Of a DNA stretch of 64,000 nucleotides, positions 18,450 to 27,818 are shown piece after piece. How positions within the stretch are numbered: the first letter of the stretch is position 1; each line of letters begins with the position of its first letter. Source of the DNA: Thermoplasmatales archaeon SG8-52-3. Its GTDB lineage: Archaea; Thermoplasmatota; E2; DHVEG-1. Both the position numbers and the translations under genes were made by a program. The DNA is taken from contig LSSG01000053.1 of assembly GCA_001595915.1 (NCBI GenBank), positions 3,416-67,415 of the forward strand. Direction: 5' to 3'. The notes beneath the pieces are model-generated. The model ran no database searches, had not been told where the DNA came from, and was given only the letters and a program-made list of their open reading frames with translations.

Positions 18450-19013
18450 TTATTGTTCTAAAGTAGCATGTCTACTTCGCATTACTTCTTCAGTTTCTTT
18501 TTTACTATCCAGTAAATATGCAATAAGTCCATCAAGCAAGATCCAAACACTTGCTTCAAAAAGTGTTCCAAGTGGTGCATATCTTTTTCTTTCCTCTTCA
18601 TCACAACCCGAAGAAATATAAAAAGTGATATCTGCAAACTTTGCAATCTCTGAATTCTTTTTAGCAGTAATTGAAATAACATAAGCTTCTAAATTATGAG
18701 CTATTTCTGCAGTCATAACAGCCGGAATAGTTTCACCAGAACCTGAAATAATTACAGCAAGATCACCTTTTTGAACAGGTGCAGTAATAGTTTCTCCAAT
18801 GACAAAGGTTTGAAATCCAAGATGAACAAGTCTTATAGCAAAAGCTTTAGCAACAAGACCAGATCGTCCAGCTCCATAAACAAAAATACGTTTTGAATTA
18901 AAAAACAAGTCTTTTACCTTATCGATATTTTCTTGTGATACCTTATCTAAAATATCTTTTATCTTTCGCTGAATATATCTTATCGATTTAGTAAATATTT
19001 GATTTTCAATCAT
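18450..19013 (-). CDS. SIS-domain sugar-phosphate isomerase-like protein
   Basis: VYGAGRSGLVAKAF and VIISGSGET motifs of the SIS fold. About 187 aa, the size of PHI/GmhA-like enzymes. Confidence 0.7.
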   Translation of the reverse strand: MIENQIFTKSIRYIQRKIKDILDKVSQENIDKVKDLFFNSKRIFVYGAGRSGLVAKAFAIRLVHLGFQTFVIGETITAPVQKGDLAVIISGSGETIPAVMTAEIAHNLEAYVISITAKKNSEIAKFADITFYISSGCDEEERKRYAPLGTLFEASVWILLDGLIAYLLDSKKETEEVMRSRHATLEQ

Positions 19014-19882
19014 AAAATCTCCGAAAGATCTCTATAATCTGCCTCCTCTTTACCTGTTCTTTTCATAATTGCTTTCTCCACTTGAAGTCTTATATAAACT
19101 GCATCGTGCTCTAAAAGAGGAGATTCAGAAATAAAAGTGACATCATAGTTATTATCCAAAATTACATCAATAAGAGGCATTAATGGCATGTCTCCTTTCT
19201 TTATTGGAATATGATAATACTCATTTCCATCTTCATATAAAACGCCAGTAACATGCAAAAGATAATGTTTTAGTCTTAGATTTTTAACTAATTGAAAAAC
19301 CTCCTCAAAATTTTCTCTTTTTTTAAGACCGCCATTTGTTCTTGCATGAATGTGACCAAGACCAATAACAGGAATTACTCCTTTTACATTATTTGAAATT
19401 TCAATTATTTCTTCAAGACTCCCAAAAACTTTCTTCTTACCCATTGTTTCAATACCAAGTTTTACTTTGATTTTTTCTTTTTTGAATTGGTTTTGAATTT
19501 TCTTTAAATTTTTAATTATTTTTTTCATTGTTTTCTTTTCACTATCTTCACCATAATACCCAGGATGCGTAACAACAGTTTTTGCACCCATTTTTTGAGC
19601 AAGTCTAGCTGAAGAAAGAACCTTTTCAATACTTAGATTCAATTCTTCACCTGAGCCTCCCAAATTAATATAATAAGGTGCATGAACATGTAATTCTATG
19701 TCATTTTCTTTAGAATACTCTGCCATAAACTCAGCTTCTTCATCTTCCATTATATAGAGACCTCTAACAAATTGAACCTCCATTGCATTTAAGTCTAGAA
19801 TCTGTTTTGTATAAACCAATCCATCCTTATTTGTACGACCTTTACACGATAAAGGGATACCAGCTTGACCAATTCTAATCAT
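19010..19882 (-). CDS. Endonuclease IV (Nfo)/AP-endonuclease-2 family TIM-barrel protein
   Basis: MIRIGQAGIP start, HAPYYINLGG, THPGYY, GIETMG and ISESP parallel Nfo metal-binding segments. Some ligand positions are substituted. Confidence 0.55.
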   Translation of the reverse strand: MIRIGQAGIPLSCKGRTNKDGLVYTKQILDLNAMEVQFVRGLYIMEDEEAEFMAEYSKENDIELHVHAPYYINLGGSGEELNLSIEKVLSSARLAQKMGAKTVVTHPGYYGEDSEKKTMKKIIKNLKKIQNQFKKEKIKVKLGIETMGKKKVFGSLEEIIEISNNVKGVIPVIGLGHIHARTNGGLKKRENFEEVFQLVKNLRLKHYLLHVTGVLYEDGNEYYHIPIKKGDMPLMPLIDVILDNNYDVTFISESPLLEHDAVYIRLQVEKAIMKRTGKEEADYRDLSEIL

Positions 19883-19956
19883 AAATATTTAACCTCCTCC
19901 GACCTAACTAATGCATATATTTTATATATATCTATTTTTTATGAATGAATAAAATA

Positions 19957-20226
19957 CTAGATTATTTCTTCCAATCGACTCATAATATTCCAAATAAGAG
20001 TTCTTCCATGAAGTGGAATATTAGGATCATTTGCTAGTTCATCTAATCTAGATGTAGCAGAAGCGACTCTAACATCCAAAGGATCTGATTCATTTAATAA
20101 ATTATTTTTAATTTCTTCTGCTCCTCTCCTTATATTTCTTGGAATTGAATTATCTTCATGAAGCATATTTAATCCATCGCAAACCTGTGCAATTTTATCT
20201 GAGGACATAGTTATCACCATTTGCAA
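19957..20226 (-). CDS. UPF0147-family small archaeal protein
   Basis: 89 aa. The IPRNIRRGAEE...NDPNIPLHGRTLIWN pattern matches UPF0147. Confidence 0.55.
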   Translation of the reverse strand: MQMVITMSSDKIAQVCDGLNMLHEDNSIPRNIRRGAEEIKNNLLNESDPLDVRVASATSRLDELANDPNIPLHGRTLIWNIMSRLEEII

Positions 20227-20272
20227 TATCTAAACGTGTATACAGGATTAAAATAAAAATATTTGGTATGAA

Positions 20273-22546
20273 TTAATCTTTAAGATAATTTGAATTTAAA
20301 AGTTTTATTATATCTGAAGCAATATTATCTCCAACACCTTTTACTTCTTTCAACTCTTCCTTAGTGGCATTTGTGATATCCTTTATACTACCAAAATGGG
20401 TAAGCAATCTTTTAGCAATTATTGCCGAAACATTTGGTAGACCTTCAATTATAAATTGTTGTCTTTCTTTTAGGGACATTTGGGATTTTTCTCCTCTAAC
20501 AGCAACAACCTTTTTATCTTCTCTTTGTTCTCTTTTTGCTATAACATTTAATAAATCTGCTGTTTCAAGAGCATTTTTAGTAGAAAGTATAGATACTCCA
20601 TAATCAACAGAAATCGATGCTAAACTTCCAAATATTGCATTATGGTTTATATTTCGCTGTGTAAAAAGATTTTCACCTTCTAATATCATAATTGGTCTGG
20701 AATATGCATCTCTTAAATGAGCTATTTGTTTGAAAAGTTTTCCATCAATAAGAGACTCTAAAAAATCCTCTACTTTTTTACGCTCAACTCCAATTCTTGA
20801 GGATAAAATATAATCTCCAACATCTAGCTGTTGTGATTCTATAGATGTTCCCTTAATTGTAAGATTTCTAACAACATTTGATCGATATTCTCTATGGTCA
20901 ACAATGATCTTAACTTTATTTTCCATATTTTCATAATCTATTAAAGTTCTCTGATCATGTTGAGGTTCTGTATCTTTTTTAAAAAAAGTTTCAGGAGTTT
21001 CTAATTTTTTATGTAGTTTAGAGCGAATCAATTCTAGTTCAGAAACCATGCGTTTTTCTTTCCTTTTTGATGCCCAATAATAAGCTTCATCAGGAGTGCC
21101 TTTTGTAATTAAAATAATAACTTTACCTGCCATTTTTCTAGCAGTTCGTCCTCTTCTTTGAATTGCTCTAATTTCTGAAGGAATTGGTTCATAAAAAACA
21201 ACAAGGTCAGTAGATGGAATGTCAAGACCTTCTTCAGCAACAGATGTTGCAATTAAAACATTATATTCTTCTTCCTTAAATTTCTTGATAATTATAGCTT
21301 GTTCTTTTTGAGTTAGACCCTTATCTCCATCTTTTATAGTTTGACCAATAAATCTAGCAGGTTTTGCTACTTTTAACTCATTTAAGATACTACAAATATG
21401 TTTTGATGTGTCACGATAATGTGTAAAAACAATTATTTTAGATTCGGGTTTAATTTTTAGTTGATGTTGGATAATATCAGCGATTTTTTGTACTTTCGGA
21501 TGTTCAATTTTTAAGGATTTTACATAAGCAATGGCTTCCATTACATTATTATCTGACATAATAGCTCTCGAAGCCTTGCTACTTGTTTTTGATATAGCTT
21601 CTTTCCCCATTCTTTCAAAATAATTGCTAAAAGATTTAACTCCTTGAGTTTGTAACAATTCAAGACCATAATGAATTTTCATTGCTTCACTTTGAGTTGA
21701 AGCTGCTTTAAATAAAATTTTGGGGGGTTTTATTCTTGATTTAATCTCCATTTGTATTCTTTTCTGAGCATCTAAAAGTTTAGTTTTATTTACAAGAGAA
21801 ACTGAAGAGCTATCTATAAAATCTAAATTCTTAAGAAAATTTAATCTCTCAGATAATGCTTTTCTAAGAAGTTGTATTGTATGTGCAAACTCACCAGGTA
21901 AAGGTATTTCTTTCCAAATAATCTTTATATCATGGACGTATGGTTTAACATCAGAATCATATTTTGTTCTAATCTCAATGTTTGTGATATTTAAATTTTT
22001 AGTTACTTCAAATATTTTATTTATATCATTACCAGGAGACGCAGTCATTGCTAAAATTAAACCATTATCCCTTTGTTTTTTATACATTTCTGAAACAAAA
22101 ACATACGAATATTCACCAACAGCATGATGACATTCATCAAAAATTATAAATGAAACATTTTTTAGATCAATTCTTTTTGATAAAAGATCATTTTCAATTA
22201 CCTGTGGAGTAGATACAATAATCTTGCTATCATCCCACATTTTTTTACGTTTTTCTGGTTGTATCTCACCTGTAAAAATAATAATTGATTCCTCATTTAT
22301 ATCAAGATATTGTTTTAAAAATTGTGAATGCTGAATCACTAAAGGTTTTGTAGGAGCTAAAAAAAGAATCTTGTTATTTTCTTTTTTCAACTCTTTTGCA
22401 ATTATTATTAAAGCAACAATAGTTTTACCTAAACCAGTTGGTAAAACTACAAGAGTATTACTTTTTTCTGCGGATTTAGCAATATTAACCTGATATTCTC
22501 TACTTTCAATTGAATCAGGTTTAATATATTCATTTTGTATATACAC
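20273..22546 (-). CDS. hef: Hef helicase/nuclease (SF2 helicase + ERCC4/XPF nuclease + HhH2)
   Basis: Walker A LPTGLGKT, DECHHA box, ERCC4 nuclease motif GVERKK, C-terminal HhH. Confidence 0.85.
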   Translation of the reverse strand: MYIQNEYIKPDSIESREYQVNIAKSAEKSNTLVVLPTGLGKTIVALIIIAKELKKENNKILFLAPTKPLVIQHSQFLKQYLDINEESIIIFTGEIQPEKRKKMWDDSKIIVSTPQVIENDLLSKRIDLKNVSFIIFDECHHAVGEYSYVFVSEMYKKQRDNGLILAMTASPGNDINKIFEVTKNLNITNIEIRTKYDSDVKPYVHDIKIIWKEIPLPGEFAHTIQLLRKALSERLNFLKNLDFIDSSSVSLVNKTKLLDAQKRIQMEIKSRIKPPKILFKAASTQSEAMKIHYGLELLQTQGVKSFSNYFERMGKEAISKTSSKASRAIMSDNNVMEAIAYVKSLKIEHPKVQKIADIIQHQLKIKPESKIIVFTHYRDTSKHICSILNELKVAKPARFIGQTIKDGDKGLTQKEQAIIIKKFKEEEYNVLIATSVAEEGLDIPSTDLVVFYEPIPSEIRAIQRRGRTARKMAGKVIILITKGTPDEAYYWASKRKEKRMVSELELIRSKLHKKLETPETFFKKDTEPQHDQRTLIDYENMENKVKIIVDHREYRSNVVRNLTIKGTSIESQQLDVGDYILSSRIGVERKKVEDFLESLIDGKLFKQIAHLRDAYSRPIMILEGENLFTQRNINHNAIFGSLASISVDYGVSILSTKNALETADLLNVIAKREQREDKKVVAVRGEKSQMSLKERQQFIIEGLPNVSAIIAKRLLTHFGSIKDITNATKEELKEVKGVGDNIASDIIKLLNSNYLKD

Positions 22547-22651
22547 AAGATAGATATAATAAAAGGGGTTTTTTATTGTATTTAAAAGATAGTTGAAACT
22601 ATTTTTTTAAAAATTCAAAATAGTTATATTACTGAAAGTTAATTATGAATT

Positions 22652-22867
22652 GTGTTAACTGGACTTGAAATGTATGGGATTACATTACCATTATGGGTAT
22701 TTTTTTTAATTGGAATAATTGCATTAGTTATTGTTTGGAAACTTATAAAATTTGCAATAAAAATACTTTTAATAATAGTTGTTTTCTTTATTATACTGAT
22801 AGGAATAGACTATTTTGATATTATTGGTTTAATTCAAAATTTGTTTTCAGGGATAATATCATTCTAA
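22652..22867 (+). CDS. Small hydrophobic membrane protein (71 aa)
   Basis: Two predicted TM helices. No homology recognised. Confidence 0.3.
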   Translation: MLTGLEMYGITLPLWVFFLIGIIALVIVWKLIKFAIKILLIIVVFFIILIGIDYFDIIGLIQNLFSGIISF

Positions 22868-23100
22868 TAAAATTACCATATAAATTTTTTAAATATTTAA
22901 AATCTATTAAACTAAATAAAATTATTATAATCTAAGTATCTCTTGTATTAAATGAAATATAGAAGATTTCCTTATCCACTAACTCCAGCTTTCCAAAACG
23001 ATTTTTATTTGTATATTTCTCTTGCTGTTCAAGCATAATTAACCTCTCCCCGAAGCCAGAAATAAAAATCTATTATATAAAACCTTTCGTTTCTTTTATT

Positions 23101-23958
23101 TTAAAAAAAACTTCTGGTATAAACAACCTTGTCTGAAGGTATTGTAAAGTAAATGGTTGTACCAGTTCCTTTTCCATGACTATCTGCCCATATCTTTCCA
23201 CCATGTTTCTCTATAATTGTTTTACAAATTGTTAGACCAAGACCTGTAGAATCAAGTTTGTGTCTTGAATCATCTGTTTTATAAAACTCATTAAAAATAC
23301 GGTCTATTTGATCTCTAGTAAGACCTGTTCCTGTATCAGTAATTGAAACCTGAATAAATTGATCTCCATTTTTAATTACAGGTCTTGTTGCAAAGGTTAT
23401 TTTTCCACCATTTTCTAACATGCTATTTATTGCATTTGATGCAATATGATCAAATATTTGCATTAGCCTATTTTTCTCTGTTTTAACAAAAACTTCAGGA
23501 TTTATATTGTTTTCAATTTCAATATTACAGCTTTTAAAAATATCATTATATTTGGTATTCATCTCATTAACTATTTCAAGAAGATTTTCCTTTTTCAATA
23601 GCAAATCAATAGAGCCAATCTCTGCTAATTCTCTTGCATTATTTACGACTCTTTTAATATATTCTGCATTTCTAAGGCATGTATCTACCATTTCTTTTAT
23701 TGATGAATCATCAATTTCATTTTTTATAATTGGTAAAAGGGTTAAAATTGGTGTTAAAGGGGTTCCAAGATCATGACTGAGATTATCAATAAATCTTATC
23801 TTATCTTTTAATAATTTATTTACTTCAACTGTTCTTTCAATTACTTTTTTTTCGAATGTACCTTTCAACTCAATTAATTCTTGTTCAGTTTTTTTTAATT
23901 TTTCATTAACATTTTCTGTTATTTCGTTAAGGTTTTGATTACTATTCATTTTTCCCAC
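23101..23958 (-). CDS. Histidine kinase (HisKA + HATPase_c), no sensor or TM domain
   Basis: H-box LSHDLGTPLTPI. N, G1 and G2 boxes present (TDTGTGL, GLGLTICK). N-terminal coiled coil only. Confidence 0.8.
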   Translation of the reverse strand: MGKMNSNQNLNEITENVNEKLKKTEQELIELKGTFEKKVIERTVEVNKLLKDKIRFIDNLSHDLGTPLTPILTLLPIIKNEIDDSSIKEMVDTCLRNAEYIKRVVNNARELAEIGSIDLLLKKENLLEIVNEMNTKYNDIFKSCNIEIENNINPEVFVKTEKNRLMQIFDHIASNAINSMLENGGKITFATRPVIKNGDQFIQVSITDTGTGLTRDQIDRIFNEFYKTDDSRHKLDSTGLGLTICKTIIEKHGGKIWADSHGKGTGTTIYFTIPSDKVVYTRSFF

Positions 23959-24169
23959 CCCTCAACCTATTTTTCATGATTTAAATTAAATAACCATTAT
24001 TAATACTTTTTTTGTATTTTTAGGTTTATTAACATTAAAATGCTTTTATTTATCCAAAATTTAAATATAGGTAATATTCTATTTAGAATTAATAATGGTA
24101 CGCCGTTCGGTGCCTAATCATCAGAGTAATAGACTTATGATGAACAGACGGGGGAGGTGAAATATAAAA

Positions 24170-24454
24170 ATGAAAAAGAAAATCTTATTTGGTTGTATTA
24201 TAGTTGCATGTGTTCTTATGTTATTACCATCCACATCTGCTGCCGAATCAAACTCAATTAAAGATAGAATCTTATTAAAAGAAACCATCCAAAAACAAAT
24301 TGATCAAAATCCAATTTATAAGGTTAGCTCACATGAGCCAGCATGTATTCTTAGATTATTACTAATAATTCGTAATTTATTATTACTAGGAATAGTAGGT
24401 ATAATTGGAATAATATTTACTCTACTAAATCTTATAAACAATAGTTCTGCTTAA
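24170..24454 (+). CDS. Small secreted/membrane protein (94 aa)
   Basis: Signal peptide and C-terminal TM. Strong SD GGGGGAGGTG 8 nt upstream. Confidence 0.35.
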   Translation: MKKKILFGCIIVACVLMLLPSTSAAESNSIKDRILLKETIQKQIDQNPIYKVSSHEPACILRLLLIIRNLLLLGIVGIIGIIFTLLNLINNSSA

Positions 24455-24461
24455 ACATAGT

Positions 24462-24483
24462 ACTCAATTTTTAAAAATTGAGT
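24462..24483. repeat. Perfect 22-nt palindrome ACTCAATTTTT/AAAAATTGAGT
   Basis: Seen directly, immediately after the stop of the 24170..24454 ORF. Confidence 0.6.
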
Positions 24484-24586
24484 TAATTTTTCTTTAATTA
24501 GTATTAAATTTATAAATAATAATTATTTACAATTTTATTTTATTAGGAAATTTAATATAATAATGTAGTTTATATACTATTTGTAA

Positions 24587-26584
24587 ATGACTAATCGAGA
24601 GGATTTCAAATCTTTTATTCCATCTGAAAAAATTATTCCTGAGCTAACTTTTAAGGCTATAATTATTGGAATTTTTCTAGCAATAATACTCGGCGCTGCA
24701 AATGCATACCTTGGATTATATGCAGGAATGACGGTTTCAGCAATTATCCCCGGTGCAGTAATGGCCCTGGCACTTTTAAGACCTTTTAAAGGAACAATTC
24801 TTGAAGTAAATTTAGCTACAATGGGAGCCTCTGCTGGTGAATGTATTGCTGCAGGAATAATTTTTACAATACCAGCATTAATATTACTTGGTGTTTGGAC
24901 AGAAATCAACTATTTAGAAACCACCTTAATTGCTTTGTTAGGTGGTTTATTAGGCGTTTTATGGATGGTTCCTTTAAGAAGGGCTCTTGTTGTTAAAACA
25001 GATCTTCCATTTCCAGAGGGAGTGGCAGTAGCAGCTGTTTTGACAACTACAGTTGGTGGTGAAACAACTGATGAAAAAAAAGCAAGTGGTGTTACTGGAA
25101 TTTGGTTAGGTGTTGGTGCTTTAGTAGCTGGTCTTTTTAAATTTTGTGAATTATCATTAAATATTTTTAGGGGTACAATTGAACATATTTCAAGTATTGG
25201 GAAGTATAAAATTGGTGGAAATATAAATCAAGGTTGGTTATATGGTGGAGTTACTATATCCCCTGCTCTTCTTGGTGTTGGATGGATAATAGGAACAAGA
25301 ATTGCATCATACGTTCTTGTAGGAGGGCTATTAGGTTGGGTAATTATTGCACCAATTGTTGCCTTAGCAAATGGGCTTCCATTACCTGCTCCTGAGTTTG
25401 CAGAATTAGGTGTTGAACTAGGTGGATTTTATACAATATGGGCAAACCAAGTAAGATTCATTGGAGTCGGTACAATGCTAATAGGAGGTTTGTGGGCTAT
25501 TTGGGCAATAAGAATGAATTTAGCAGGTAGCATTAAAGAAGCAATTATTGGTATTAAAGGAGGACAAGTTAAAAGCAAAAAAAGAACAGATAAAGATGCA
25601 AGTTTCAAATTAATTTTTATTTTTATTGTTCTTATGACAATACCTGTTTTTCTATTATATCTATGGTTATCAGATATGTTTGGAATCTCCTTGATAATGG
25701 CAATAATAACAATATTTTTTGCATTTATTGCAAGTGCCCTTGCAGGTTATCTTACTGGACTGGTTGGTTCTTCAAACATGCCAATATCTGGAGTTACAGT
25801 TGCAGTTTTATTAATTGTTAGTTTAATTATGCTTGGTTTTGGTGTAACTGGGGCGGGAGGTATGGCAATTGTTATATTTATTTCAGCAGTTATTGCGGTT
25901 GGAGGATCTATTTCTGGAGACCTTCTACAATCTATGGCTTGTGGGCAAATGCTAGGTGCGACACCTAGAAATTTACAAATTTCAATGACATTTGGTGTAC
26001 TAGCAATTTCTGGAGTGGTTGGTATTGTTATCGGATTATTACATAAAGCATTCAGAATAGGTAGTACTAAACTAGTAGCACCTCAAGCAGGCTTAATGGC
26101 TGGAGTTGTTAAAGGTGTACTTGGTGGAGAGATGCTTTGGCCTTTTGTTTTAGCTGGAATGATACTTGCTTGTGTTTTGATTCTAATTGATCTTCCTGTT
26201 TTACCTGTTGCAATAGGAATTTATTTACCATTCACATTATCAATTCCAATATTTACTGGCGGAGTGATTAGATATTTAACCGACAGACAATTTAAAAAGA
26301 AATTTGGTACAGCACAGGAAGAAGAAGTAAGTGATTGGGAACTAGCTATTAAAAATACAGATATAAAACCAAAAGAAAAAGCAATTAGAACAGGTCTACT
26401 TTTTACAGCGGGTCTTGTTGCTGGAGAAGCTCTGACTGGTGTAATTATAGCAATACTTGTTGTAATGGGAATAAATCTTGCCTTTTATGAAAGTGCTCCT
26501 TGGTTACCAGGTTTAGTTGTTTGGATATATATAGCAATATTATTGGCTTATATACCTATTAGAGAAATTATTAATAAAAATTAA
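24587..26584 (+). CDS. OPT-family oligopeptide transporter
   Basis: GAANAYLGLYAGMTVSAIIPGAV N-terminal signature. About 16 TM segments, 665 aa. Confidence 0.7.
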   Translation: MTNREDFKSFIPSEKIIPELTFKAIIIGIFLAIILGAANAYLGLYAGMTVSAIIPGAVMALALLRPFKGTILEVNLATMGASAGECIAAGIIFTIPALILLGVWTEINYLETTLIALLGGLLGVLWMVPLRRALVVKTDLPFPEGVAVAAVLTTTVGGETTDEKKASGVTGIWLGVGALVAGLFKFCELSLNIFRGTIEHISSIGKYKIGGNINQGWLYGGVTISPALLGVGWIIGTRIASYVLVGGLLGWVIIAPIVALANGLPLPAPEFAELGVELGGFYTIWANQVRFIGVGTMLIGGLWAIWAIRMNLAGSIKEAIIGIKGGQVKSKKRTDKDASFKLIFIFIVLMTIPVFLLYLWLSDMFGISLIMAIITIFFAFIASALAGYLTGLVGSSNMPISGVTVAVLLIVSLIMLGFGVTGAGGMAIVIFISAVIAVGGSISGDLLQSMACGQMLGATPRNLQISMTFGVLAISGVVGIVIGLLHKAFRIGSTKLVAPQAGLMAGVVKGVLGGEMLWPFVLAGMILACVLILIDLPVLPVAIGIYLPFTLSIPIFTGGVIRYLTDRQFKKKFGTAQEEEVSDWELAIKNTDIKPKEKAIRTGLLFTAGLVAGEALTGVIIAILVVMGINLAFYESAPWLPGLVVWIYIAILLAYIPIREIINKN

Positions 26585-26602
26585 AAATAAAAAGAAATAA
26601 GA

Positions 26603-26935
26603 TTACTCTAGAACTTCCCAATCTGAAAAAAATCCAATAACTATTTTATTAAATAGAACTGCCACAATAGGAGTATGAAATCTAATAATTTCTTCATTAT
26701 TGAGTTTATAAATATTCTTTTCATCTTTTATAAAAACAAAATTTATAACCTGAAAATCACTGTATCCTCCACCAAAATATATTTGTTAAATTCCCCAAAA
26801 AACAAATAATCTATTTCCACTGCTTTCTTCAATACTTTTTTCGTCTTCAATTTGAAATGTATTCATTGCTGATGAAATTGTTGTTAAAAACAATATACAT
26901 ATCAAAAGTCCCATTATTTTTCTTTTCATTTTCAT
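26603..26935 (-). pseudogene. Small secreted protein ORF interrupted by an in-frame TAA (codon 50 of 110)
   Basis: MKMKRKIMGLLICILFLTTISSA... reads through in the same frame after TAA at 26788..26786, ending at 26605..26603. Confidence 0.3.
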
Positions 26936-27184
26936 CATAATGAAATCAATTGAAAAAATTATATAGCAAATTATGTTTCATAAGTTTGAACAATATTAAA
27001 ATTTTAGACTATTTTATATTTATTATGTACAAATCTGTATAATTAAATTTTCCATTAAAAGATAAAATGGAGAAACCATTATTTTAATATTCTAAAAATA
27101 AATTTAAATAAACATAATCTCTTTATATGTAATAAGTGATAAAACATTTTGTGAGGATAGGGATTTATCAAGAGTGATTAAAAA

Positions 27185-27742
27185 ATGGATGATGCTGATT
27201 TAAACAAAATTACTAATACTTCAATTACAAAAACCCATGAAGAAATACTCGAACTTCTAGATGAAATAAAAGAATTTGAAAAAAAATATGGAGAAATTGA
27301 AGAAACGACAATTGAATGTAATATTCCTGAAAATGAATATGTTTTATTTGAAGAAATTGAACCTGACTTAGTTATTTTTAAAGAAATAGAAGAAAAAAAA
27401 CCTGAAATTTCAAAACCAAGTAAAAAATTTAAATTTAATTTTATTAAAAAAAGAAAAAAATTTGTTACAAAAAAAATAGAAGAACCATTAAAACCAACAA
27501 CTTTCAGATTAAGAATAAATAAAGAAGGAGTTCTTGAAAACATTGATATTAAAAAACCCCAATCAAGGAAAAAATTAAAACTAAATTTTAGATTGAGAAA
27601 AAAAGAAGGAAAGGAATCTAAACCTTCAGATGGGGAATCAAAATTATCAAAAATAATAAATGTAATTAGTAAAATTAAAAGAATAATTCCTAAAAGAGAA
27701 AAAGAAGAATCTGAAGAACCTGAAACAAATAAAGAAACTTAG
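27185..27742 (+). CDS. Lys/Glu-rich low-complexity hypothetical protein
   Basis: 185 aa, highly charged, no recognisable domain. Confidence 0.4.
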   Translation: MDDADLNKITNTSITKTHEEILELLDEIKEFEKKYGEIEETTIECNIPENEYVLFEEIEPDLVIFKEIEEKKPEISKPSKKFKFNFIKKRKKFVTKKIEEPLKPTTFRLRINKEGVLENIDIKKPQSRKKLKLNFRLRKKEGKESKPSDGESKLSKIINVISKIKRIIPKREKEESEEPETNKET

Positions 27743-27818
27743 TTATGTTTTTTTTATTTTTATTTATAGTAGAAAACCATTAAATAAAGCATTCATAATT
27801 TCCCAAAGGAAAAATATC

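Noticed and set aside
24095-24160. GC-richer leader with ATGATGA/CTGATGA-like boxes as a possible C/D box sRNA or riboswitch.
   Set aside because: Box C/D spacing and a terminal CUGA could not be satisfied on either strand. The hairpin GCCG-TT-CGGT is too short. It is most simply a strong SD leader.
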